A stretch of DNA of 43,708 nucleotides, counting the filler, from Jimgerdemannia flammicorona (Eukaryota), in the NCBI GenBank assembly GCA_003990765.1. It is 2 parts of 2 records of this genome, joined end to end, with 100 filler letters (N's around TTAATTAATTAA, not from the genome) between each part and the next. Parts side by side here need not be neighbours in the genome. Positions count along the whole stretch, not along the records: positions 1 to 21,804 come from RBNJ01001390.1; 1 more part is not named here. One strand, written 5' to 3'. The notes beneath the pieces are model-generated. The model had not been told where the DNA came from. It did no database searches and saw only the letters and a list, made by a program, of their open reading frames with translations. Shown here in pieces: positions 12,360 to 21,904 of the stretch (positions are counted from its first letter, which is position 1; each line of letters begins with the position of its first letter). Made by a program: the position numbers and the translations under genes.

Positions 12360-14290
12360 TTATAGCTCTATATTTATCTCTTTCCTAGTTAAGTCTGATC
12401 TGTATTCCATAGCAGCCTCCTCTCTCTCAACCTTCTTAGCCTTCAGTCTAATCAAAAACTTGGCCATTACTGCATCATCCTTCTCCTATATCTCCTTCTA
12501 GTACTCTAAGCAGACCTCTTGTCAAATTTTTAGTCTATGCCTCTGTTCTCACCAAAAGACTGCATATTCTCTAGCAGCTATAGCTATCTCTATCTCCCTT
12601 ATATCATCTACTGTATATCCTTCCTCATCTAAATATACTGCCAGCATCTCTATCACCAGGGCCTCTACAATACTATCTCTCTACGGCACCCTTATTCAGA
12701 GTCCATATCTCCTAACTCTCAACTGCTAAGTTATTCATCACCTAATATATTCACTACAGATCATCAATCTTCTTACTCCTAGAGATCACTGGTTGATCAG
12801 CTCCAAGTATCATAGTATCTGCTCCAGTACTCATACATAGACTCATCTCACTCCTTCTTCAGTATATCCACTAACTCATCCTTTCTAACCTCAACCATCT
12901 GCCCCCTACTTGCTATCTCAGATACTCTAAATCAGACATAGTGAGTCTCCAATATCTCTACTTCTCACCAGCCTTCAGCTGTATAACTCCAGACTGCCCT
13001 CTTATATCCTTGCCCTACTCTTACACCTCCAGTATATTATTATTATAAAGAGTCTGATCCCTCACCTCCTGACTCCTACCCACAGCCTTTACACTTCTCT
13101 CTATATTATCATCTATTCAGATACTCTCTTGAGTACTCCCTGCAGCCCTATCAGAACTGGACAATATCTTCCTCTTCTCCTTTAAACTAGCCAGCAACTC
13201 CTTCTGTCACTTATACTCTTGAGTCCTCTCCCACTACTCCTTATCCATCCAAATATACTTTCTATCTACTACCCCAAGTGTATCAAGTTTATATATATCT
13301 GCCATATCTTGGTCTCTCACTCTACTGCCTTACTGAGCTCCTTCAGTGCCTCCATTAGATCCTCCTCCTCTTCTATACTCCCCTTTACTCTCATTATCTT
13401 GCAGATAAATATACCTCATATCAATACTAAGAGCCAGTCTCACACCTTCCCTGTTGTCTCCTTTCTAGCCAGCTAGAGCTTAATATTCACATCTTCTATT
13501 CTGAATAAAGTTCTCTCTCAGAAACCAAAATCAACTACCTCACTATACTCAGTTATAACTTCCTCCACCCTCTTCCTTGTCTCAACTGTCATTACTATAG
13601 ATACTCTCTTTACTAGTAGCTAGACTACTATAGGGTCTCATTTCAGATAGTAAGCTATTGAAACAACTACTTCTCTCACAGTCAACTTCATCTTCAATAC
13701 CTCCTCCAAGAGAGCAGTCTCCTCAAAGTCCACCTCAACTCTTTTAAGTTTTTCAGAAACTTCACCAAAGCAGCTCCAGCCATCTGCTTTGAGATTAGTC
13801 TCAGTACCATCTTTGCTATCACTACTAAGTCCTAGAAGTATAATGTAATTATAAATTCCAAGATTAATTTCTTAAGTAACAGAATCACTATCAGATCTAT
13901 TACACTATCAGCCAGGTCTCTCTGCCTCTGTTGGTCTCTCAGTATTTCTCCACTATCAGTCATTATATCTCTTTTTTTTTTTTTCAGATTTCTTATCATA
14001 CCTTCATTAGCAGTCACACTACTGTCCCCAACTATAGCCCCTCCTGTCCTTATACTTGTTTCCTTGAGCATAGGGCTTTCTGCTCTCCCCAGGTTAGCCT
14101 TGTCTTTTCCCTTAGCTATATTAGCCTAAGTATCTACTAGCCATCCCCTTCTCTTTATCTTATCAGTAAAACTTAGGGGCCCAGATCTGCCCTCATTTCC
14201 ACCTGACACCAGCCCCCCTCCAGATCCTTCACCACCATTCACACCTCCAAAAGAGCTCATCCTCAGACCATAACTCCTCTCCATTTTTTT
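12360..14290 (-). pseudogene. LINE ORF1, decayed
   Basis: Colinear with the better-preserved ORF1 at 24209-26247 (SFTDKIKRRGW vs SFANKVKGSGW; ARMVLGLISKQ region). Confidence 0.8.
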
Positions 14291-14537
14291 TTCTCTTCTG
14301 CCTTTATTAACTATCTATAACATACTACATATCCTCATACAACATCAGTAGTCCCATTCTACCCCAATCTTAACCCACTCCCAGTCTTGCACTTTTAGGG
14401 TATGAGTTGCGACCTCACTGTCCAAGTAACTAGATCCTTCTACCCGGCCTGCCCCACCCAGTAGATATGGGTTGTGAGCCCCAACCACCTCAAGTACTTG
14501 ACATCTAGTATACCTGACCTACCCCTATTAGTGTCTC

Positions 14538-15522
14538 CTGTCTTGTCCATCTAGCCCATCTTGCCTACCCATGTTGCCCATATTGCCATCTTGTCATCTT
14601 GCCCATCTTGCCCATCTTGCCTGCCTATGTTGCTCATGTTGCCCATGTTGCCCATGTTGCCTACCCATATTGCCCATATTGCCCATCTTGCCCATCTTGC
14701 CCATATTGCCCATGTTACCCATCTTGCCCATCTTGCTCGTCTTGCCCATCTTGCCTGCTCATATTGCCTATGTTGCCCATGTTGTCCATATTGCTCATAT
14801 TGCCTGTGTTGCCTGTTTTGCCTGTTTTGCCTGTTTTGCCCATCTTGCCCATATCACCTGTCTTGCCGTCTACCCATCTTGCCTATATCGCCCATCTTGC
14901 TGTCTTACCCTTCTTGCCCATCTTGCCCACCTATGTTGCCCATGTTGCCATGTTGCCCATGTTGCCCATGTTGCCTGTATTGCTCATGTTACTCACCCAT
15001 GTTGCCCATGTTGCCCATGTTGCCTGCCCATATTACCCATGTTGCCCACCCATGTTGCCCATGTTGCCCGCCCATGTTGCTGGTATTGCCCATATTGCCT
15101 GTTTTGTCTGTTTTGCCCATTTTGCCTGTTTTGTCCATTTTGCCCATCTTGCCCATGTCTCCTGTCTTGCTGTCTGCCCATCTTGCCCATGTCGCCCATC
15201 TTGCCATCTTGCTATCTTGCCCATCTTGCCCATCTTGCCCATCTTGCCCATCTTGCCCATCTTGCCCATGTCACCCATCTTGTCATCTTGCCATCTTACC
15301 CATCTTGCCCATCTTGCCCATCTTGCCTGCCTGTGTTGCCCATGTTGCCTGTGTTGCCCATGTTGTCCATGTTGCCCATATTGCTCATATTGCCTGCTTT
15401 GCCCATATTGCCTGTCTTGCTGTCTGCCTGTCTTGCCCATGTCACCCATCTTGCCATCTTGCCATCTTGCCCATCTTGCCTGTCTTGCCCATCTTGCCTG
15501 TGTTGCCCATGTTGCCCATGTT
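14538..15522 (-). repeat. ~1 kb 9-bp minisatellite (minus-strand unit ATGGGCAAC/ATGGGCAAG)
   Basis: Tandem ttgcccatg/ttgcccatc/ttgcccata units are directly visible; they explain the three overlapping ~330-aa low-complexity ORFs. Confidence 0.95.
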
Positions 15523-16422
15523 TGTTTCTTCGAGTTGTATGTAAAACTGTTGCTTGAAGTTTGTGTAATGCAAATTGTACCGGAGAGAGATCCGCCATAA
15601 CTCCTCTCCACATACTGCCAGCTAAATGTCCCAGATCTACCAGATCCAGCATGTCCATCAGGACTCTTGCTCAATGATATGTTACTAGTACCTTTTCTCT
15701 GAGTTGTGTTGAAAAGTGTTGCTTGAAGTTTGTGTAATGTGAATTATACCAGAGAAAGGTACCTGTCCTCTGGTTTTCAAATATGTCATCATCTTTCCCC
15801 AATGGCCAATGATATGATAGCTTGCAGGATTAGAAGATAGTGCTGGGCATGGAACTGTGCTTCACCAGATTCTGTACATGTTCTATGTCAGCAGACCTAG
15901 AATGCTTTATTTACACTCTCAGTACAATGGTGTAATACTATGCATGTTTGTTGGCCGCTCGCAGATGGAAGAGAGTGTTTGTAGAAAGGAATACTTTCGC
16001 CGTTCCTGTTTTTGGTGGTTATTTTAATGAGGGGATGTTGCATGTAACAATATGACATAGCTTATTGAGATTGCGATTCACTCTAGAATTTCATATCCAC
16101 CTCCAGGATCTACAGTCAGTTAATCATCACTAAACGATTCGACACCTCGATGCGATGCATTATGTAAGTTGAGGTTTCATTTCTATCCCAAAAAAGTGAA
16201 TACATAAGGCATGATTGCTCCACCACAAACAATATCGAGCCTTGCACTGCACACTCTAAATATCCCTCCGTGTATACAATGAAGTATGTTATATTTTTCA
16301 ATCATAATCAAAATGCAAAGAAACCAAAAACAGGAAAGAGTGTTATGACGGATTGGTGGAAAAAGTAAACATTACTGAAACAAAGTTAAAATGCATAAGC
16401 GAACATTGCGAGGAATAATCAT

Positions 16423-17225
16423 CTAGTGTAATTGAAGAGTCGTTCTGGCAAAAAGGAGCAGCAAACGCCTGCAGCCTCAACGATTCTCATTGAAGGCGTA
16501 CCCAAAAACTTCAAACCCGAGCTGCCCTGCATATGTCATGTGATTGATACGGATTGCAGAGAAGCAGACATCCGGGACGCCGGCTTGATGGCGAGCCCTT
16601 TGGCAGGAAAGAGAAATCATTAGTAATTGTATTGCTTTAACACAACCGAAATAAAATATAAATTTTAGTACCAACCAGTTCGGGATGCCCTGTTCGCAAA
16701 TCGAAAGCATTTCTGGTGTACAAAACATGAATAGGATATTGAGGTTATGCGCGTCGACACCACCGGAGGCCACAAAATAGGCGACAAGAGCTGCAAGAGT
16801 TTGGCCTGGAACACCGTTTCGGCAACCAGGAGTGGCTGGGACATCGTTAAATCCAGCTGGATTCCACGCGATAGCGATGGCGGGATCGTCTGGGAAGTAA
16901 TTGTTTTTGACGGCGTCTAAGGCGAGACCCGCGACGGTTTCGTCTTGGAGCACAAGAGGAAGTTGGCCAAGTGCTAAATATAAACCTTATACCAAGTAAA
17001 TAACAATAATATTTACAATTTCATAGAGAGAAATATCAGCCATGAAACGGTTACCTACGCTGCTCACAAAGCCGCAACAATTGTTGTTGTTTAGACCCAT
17101 GGCCTAAAGCTGTAAAAGACAGTTAGCAAAAGTAGAGCTATTTCATAGTGAGTTATATTGCGGAAAAGAATGCCTTTACCTATGGCTAGCCTTTTCTTCA
17201 ACGCTTTTGTGAACTTGCGCATCAT
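16423..17225 (-). CDS. Small spliced host gene, hypothetical protein of ~165-170 aa
   Basis: Frame-consistent model with exons 17225-17180, 17103-17059, 16973-16676, 16597-16502, 16444-16423 and GT-AG introns of 76, 85, 78 and 57 nt. Protein begins MMRKFTKALKKRLAIGHGSKQQQLLRLCEQPLGQLPLVLQDETVAGLALDAVKNNYFPDDP. CpG is retained. First and last exons are uncertain (alternative stop at 16477). Confidence 0.65.
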
Positions 17226-17658
17226 TTATGCTTTGTGAGTGTCTGAGGGAAAGCAGGCAGAAGCTGAAGGTAATCAATGTGGATGAGAGAAATAAGCGGT
17301 AAAGAGCTGTGAGCAGAGAAAATTTGAGGGAAGGTTGGTGGGAGCAGAAGGCAGCAAATGCACGGGAGAGAAATGAGCAGCAAAGACTGGTCGTCACCTG
17401 TACTTCGTCGCGGTCGTTGGTAGGAGGGGAAAGTGGTGAGAGGGGAAGGTGGTGAATGCGGGAGAGAGAGTTGAGCAAGCTGTAGCTTTTTATTATTACT
17501 TCGCGCGGGTCGTTGGCGCGCTGGGCGCAATCGTTACGTCATAATTTACATGCCACAAAGACTACATATCACGGTTAATCATTCATTGTGTCGCTTCTGC
17601 CTTGGAAAAATCCACACAAGTCTCTCAACAATCAGTAAATCCCTAGGCGCCTTCGATT

Positions 17659-17739
17659 CAGCCCACCCCCATCAGGTGCAGCCACGCCCATCAGGTATAT
17701 CATTCTGCCCATCAGGTACAGCCCTGCCCATTACAGATG
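17659..17739. repeat. Four imperfect ~20-bp direct repeats with core CCCATCAGGT
   Basis: cagcccacccccatcaggtg / cagccacgcccatcaggta / tatcattctgcccatcaggta / cagccctgcccattacagatg. Confidence 0.75.
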
Positions 17740-17869
17740 TAAATATTTATTTAGACTACTTTATTTCACCATTAGTTTTTTTTTCTTATTATTTAATCTT
17801 TTTATTATATTATCTGTTTTACTTTAATTTTTATCTAATATTTTCTAAATAGTAACTATAATCTATAAG

Positions 17870-18155
17870 AGTGCTCTCAAATGAATTGAATTAATTTGAA
17901 TTGAATTGAATTGGGATCTAATTCAATTTAAAATATTTATCTCAAATTCAAATTGTAATAACTCAATGAAAATATGTCCAAATTTAATATTATTTATTAT
18001 ACTAGATTCTCCATCATAAGGTGCATTGAAAAAGCTAAAATTCATTAAATTTGGATATATTTTGGTCAAGTTATTGAATTTTGAAAAATTAGGTTTAAAT
18101 TGGACTGAATTGAATCAAACTCCAATTCAATTCAATTTGATTCATTCAGAGTACT
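17870..18155. mobile_element. Fold-back / MITE-like element with long imperfect inverted arms
   Basis: agtgctc..atgaattgaatt..gaattgaattgg pairs with ccaattcaattcaatttgattcattcagagtact; inner aataactcaatgaaaatatgtccaaatttaat pairs with attaaatttggatatattttggtcaagttatt. No TSD identified. Confidence 0.55.
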
Positions 18156-18339
18156 AGTCTCTACTTAAGAATATATATCTGGTATTTCTTTATAAATTAT
18201 GAAGCTTATTTTGCTAGATTAGTATTTTCTCAAAAGTAATTTCTCCAATTTTACTTTTGTATATTATTATAAAAAATATATTTTATATTTTTATAATTTA
18301 ATAACTTGAAATCTAGAGATCTATCCTTTTTTTTAATAT

Positions 18340-19635
18340 TGTAATCTATATAAGAATTATTATATAAACTTTATAAAAAGGTCTCCAGAATATATATAGA
18401 ACTATTAAACATATTATAATAAGCAGTAGAACTGTACCACTAAAATTATAAATTAATCATATACTATATCTAGTACACTAGACAACTAAGACTGTTTTAC
18501 TGTATCAACCTATATAATTAGTCAGAAATATCAGAAACAGTATATTTACCTATTTCTGAACCAGTATACTATATTAGTTTAGAAATATTATACTAGTCCA
18601 GAAACATTATACTGGTCCAGAAATACTTACTATAGATAGTTATCTATAATTAGCCATATAGCAACCAGGTAAAAACTACAACTGTATAAAATATCTCAGA
18701 GATAAGAGTGAATAAACATCAGTCTAAAAAGTTCAAAAGCAAAAGACATATCTGTCTACCATATTTTGAGAGAAACTTTAAAGCTACTACTAGAAGATTA
18801 TGAGCTTACTTTCTACTCTGGTCTACTTTCTGATATAAAGAATGAGTCTGTTTTTAAGAAAAGTCTGCTATATTTTTGGTTCACTTATTAGATAAGCCTG
18901 AATAATTCAAAGAAGTCTACTATTTTATCTCAAAATCAGTCATTTGATGTAACTTTATAATAGAGCTAGTCTATCAATATAACTCTGTATAAATGAAGTC
19001 AGTATTGATATAACTTTGCCAAAAAGGAGAATCCAAGTTATTATTCAAGAGAAGAATCTGCCATTCTCAGAGAGTCTACCTAGGAATCTTGTCACCAAGT
19101 CAGTCTATTTGATACAACTTTACAGTAGAGTCAGTCTACAATATAACTCCATATAAATGAAGTTAGTTTTTAATATAACTTATTAAGAATCTACTGCCTG
19201 AGTTATCTAAGTTATTACCCAGAGAGACCACTAATTCAGGAGAATCTGCACTTAAATTGAGATCATCATGGAGAATTTCAGAGATCATCACTTAAGAAAA
19301 AAACTGCTAAATTTTCAGATTGTCTTACATAAGAAATCTACTTATACTATACAGAGATTATTATATAGAGATTGCTATTACTTAAGAAGAAAACTACCAA
19401 ATTACTATCTCAAAAGGAAATACTTATACTATGTACAAATTACCTATATACTCAAGAACTATCCCAATAAGGAAATTCACCATGATATTTAAATTTGACT
19501 ATTATATTACTAAATACCAAGAATCTTAAAAATCTTAGAACATTTTATTACTTTTTAACAAAGTAACCAGGGGCTTAAGCCAAACTATATTAACTCCCAA
19601 ACTTATAATTTACCTCTATTGAGCTAGGTATTACA
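18340..19635 (+). repeat. 5' LTR of second family A copy
   Basis: Ends gagctaggTATTACA like position 7849. The start at TGTAAT (18340) is inferred from the terminal inverted repeat and is less certain. Confidence 0.75.
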
Positions 19636-19637
19636 TT

Positions 19638-19655
19638 TGGGGGCTCAACTGGGAA
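19638..19655 (+). promoter_or_regulatory. Primer-binding site, tRNA-Pro type
   Basis: TGGGGGCTCAACTGGGAA lies 2 nt after the LTR and resembles the tRNA-Pro PBS TGGGGGCTCGTCCGGGAT with both CpGs decayed. Confidence 0.75.
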
Positions 19656-21223
19656 TATTTTTGAAATCTATACAAGAACTCTCAATGGAAAAACAATATG
19701 ACTTTTCAGCTTATAAGAATCTACAGTCAAACTAGATATATTTGATATAACACCAATCTCTGCTACTATAGAAGAACTAGTTATCACCAGCATTTAGACA
19801 GAAAGAGAAGTAATTACTTCAAAACTTACCAATTACCCACTATTAGAAGGATCTCAACAGAAAGCCTGTATAGTACAGAATCCTCAGCCAGTATTAACAG
19901 ACTTACTACCAGATCAACTATATTATATAAATAGTCCTATCAGAACCTTCAATGAGCTTGAACAAGAACCTGAAGACCTTATTACATAAATCTGATTTTC
20001 TGCAGAAATTTCACCAATCTTATCACCACCAGCTATCACAGAATAGAAAGACCAAAGAGTAGCTCCTTCAAGGATACTCAGATCTATTTCACCTTGCTCA
20101 AGATCTGTAACACTATCTTCAGAATACTCAAGTATCTCAAACTCAAGTAATAATTCAGAAAGTGTATTAGAATCAGAATTAGAATCATAATTAGCATTAG
20201 AATCAGAATCAGAATCAGAAGATAGTGATAATGAAATGGCCACCCTATTACCAATCTTTGCAGGATACCTAGAAGAAGATTCAAGAGAATTTCTTAATAA
20301 AATTAAAGAAATTACAGCCCTTAAGAACCTCTTTTCTGAAAGGAAAGTTATTATCTATAAGACCCAACTCAGAGAACCAGCTAAAGGAATTTTCATCTGA
20401 GTAAGAAATGATATACATTCAGACCTTAGAGTAGCCATCAATGTAGTAAAAACATAACTAGTAGAGTATAAAGCCATAGCTCATTGAGAGGACATCTTGG
20501 TCAAGGCCCTATAAGAACTCCTCTAAGGACAGAAAAGATCTGAAGAATGAAAGCCAGTCAAAAAATAAAATAAGGAAAGAAATGAAATCCAAGATCTCAA
20601 CTCTAAGTTAGACTAATTAGTTGGACAGATTGAAAAACTTACCATATGTAAAAATCAAAGTTATCTACAAGATAACAGAGGATATATACTACAAAGAAAC
20701 CAAGGTTATTCATCCAGAGAAAACAGAAGCTACCAGCAAGAAGAAAGAAGATACTCTATCTGAGACAGAGCTTAAGTCCAGTACTTCTACTATAGAAAAT
20801 TCAGATATTATACCACTGAATATGACAATAAAAGAAGTGACTAAAGAGACTCAGAACTATCAAATTGAAGAAATGAAACTCAGTACAAGAAGACTGAAGC
20901 CTACCCTATTGAAGACTTCAAAGAAGAAAGCAACAGTGAAGACTACAGTGACCTAGACTTATATCCAGCCAAGGTTATCATTAGAAAAACTGTCTACCTA
21001 GCAGAAAAAAGAAAGAGACCTGTAGGAAGATCATTCAGGAATACTAGCAGAAGAATCATATAAGAAGAAGATGAAGAACATGAAGAAGAGTAAGTGGAGA
21101 TATCTCTCCAGTCTCTCTCACCTTTTATTTTCAAAAAAAAAAAATGAACTACTTTCAGAGAATGAAGAAATAGAGCAAGAAGAACAAGAGCCTGCTATCT
21201 AAAAGCCTAAGAAGAAGTATACT

Positions 21224-21548
21224 GATCTTTCTCTATAACATTCAGATTATACAAACTTCTGACAATACTTAAGATATTATTTTCAGAGAAATAATACTAG
21301 CAATATAGCAACTGATGAGTATTCTGAGGTATGTGCTAGGCAGAGCAGCCCTAGTGCATTTGACTGATAGTATGTAGAGAGGAGTCATGGCTTGGGGGGA
21401 AGTATGTAGGGCTTGCTGGCTGGAGAACATGGAAGGGGAGGAGGAATTACTGAGAGACAGGAGACTGGGAGGCTAAGCTTTACAAACAAAGTAAAGGGGG
21501 GTTGTCTGATGACTGGACTAGAGGACTGGCTGAGAAAGGGCAAGGAGA
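21224..21548 (+). mobile_element. LINE 5' head plus ORF1 start, 3'-truncated
   Basis: cagagaaataatactagcaat and gtatgtagagaggagtcatgg match the reverse complement of 15596-15700; SFTNKVKG...GKE matches ORF1 SFANKVKG...GKGK. Confidence 0.7.
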
Positions 21549-21557
21549 TGGTGAGAG

Positions 21558-21804
21558 TCACAATTCACGTTACACACACTTTTACAACACACTTTCAAGT
21601 CATTTATTGGAGAAAGGTACTAAGGCAATGGCAAACAGCAAGCTCGCCAACAACTCCCTCTGCCGCGAGGGGTGATGCGCCCAGACGGGCAACACGGGCA
21701 ACACGGGCAACACGGGCAACACGGGCAACACGGGCGGGCAAGACGGGCAAGACGGGCAAGACGGCAAGACGGGCGACATGGGCAAGACGGGCAGACGGCA
21801 AGAC
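21558..21804 (+). mobile_element. LINE 5' head followed by a CpG-intact 9-mer array running into the gap
   Basis: caattcacgttacaca...ggagaaaggtactaaggcaATG matches the reverse complement of 26245-26314; then (ACGGGCAAC)n(ACGGGCAAG)n from ~21684. Confidence 0.8.
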
Positions 21805-21904
21805 NNNNNNNNNNNNNNNNNNNNNNNNNNNNNNNNNNNNNNNNNNNNTTAATTAATTAANNNNNNNNNNNNNNNNNNNNNNNNNNNNNNNNNNNNNNNN
21901 NNNN
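21805..21904. other. Artificial scaffold linker (44 N + TTAATTAATTAA + 44 N)
   Basis: Symmetric 100-nt spacer whose core has stops in all six frames; an assembly artefact. Confidence 0.95.

Larger units (their letters stand above)
9545..15760 (-). mobile_element. L1/Tx1-like non-LTR retrotransposon copy 1, decayed, 3' end missing, doubled 5' head and 9-mer array
   Basis: ORF1 homology to 24209-26247 over ~12360-14290, APE start at ~12328, RT motifs at ~10230-10740, heads at ~15600-15760 and ~15525-15592. Confidence 0.85.
18340..21223 (+). mobile_element. Second family A copy: 5' LTR, PBS and gag, truncated by a LINE head
   Basis: LTR homologous to 6500-7849, then PBS, then gag MATLLPIFAGYLEEDSREFL at 20236; 20490-21222 matches ~100-830. 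Confidence 0.85.

Noticed and set aside
14538..15522. 9-mer array as CRISPR or telomere
   Set aside because: No unique spacers or cas genes, eukaryotic context, heterogeneous units and an interstitial position inside a LINE.
14561..15600. Three ~330-aa Cys/Pro/His-rich ORFs as metallothionein-like genes
   Set aside because: All frames are open only because of the stop-free 9-bp repeat.
6500..19635. The two family A LTRs as ends of one element capturing the host gene
   Set aside because: The first follows a PPT (3' LTR) and the second precedes a PBS and gag (5' LTR), so they belong to separate insertions.
21312..21362. CTGATGAG plus hairpin ATGTGCTAGG/CCTAGTGCAT as a ribozyme
   Set aside because: No downstream GAAA; the hairpin is not kept in the homologue at ~9200; the site lies at the ORF1 start.
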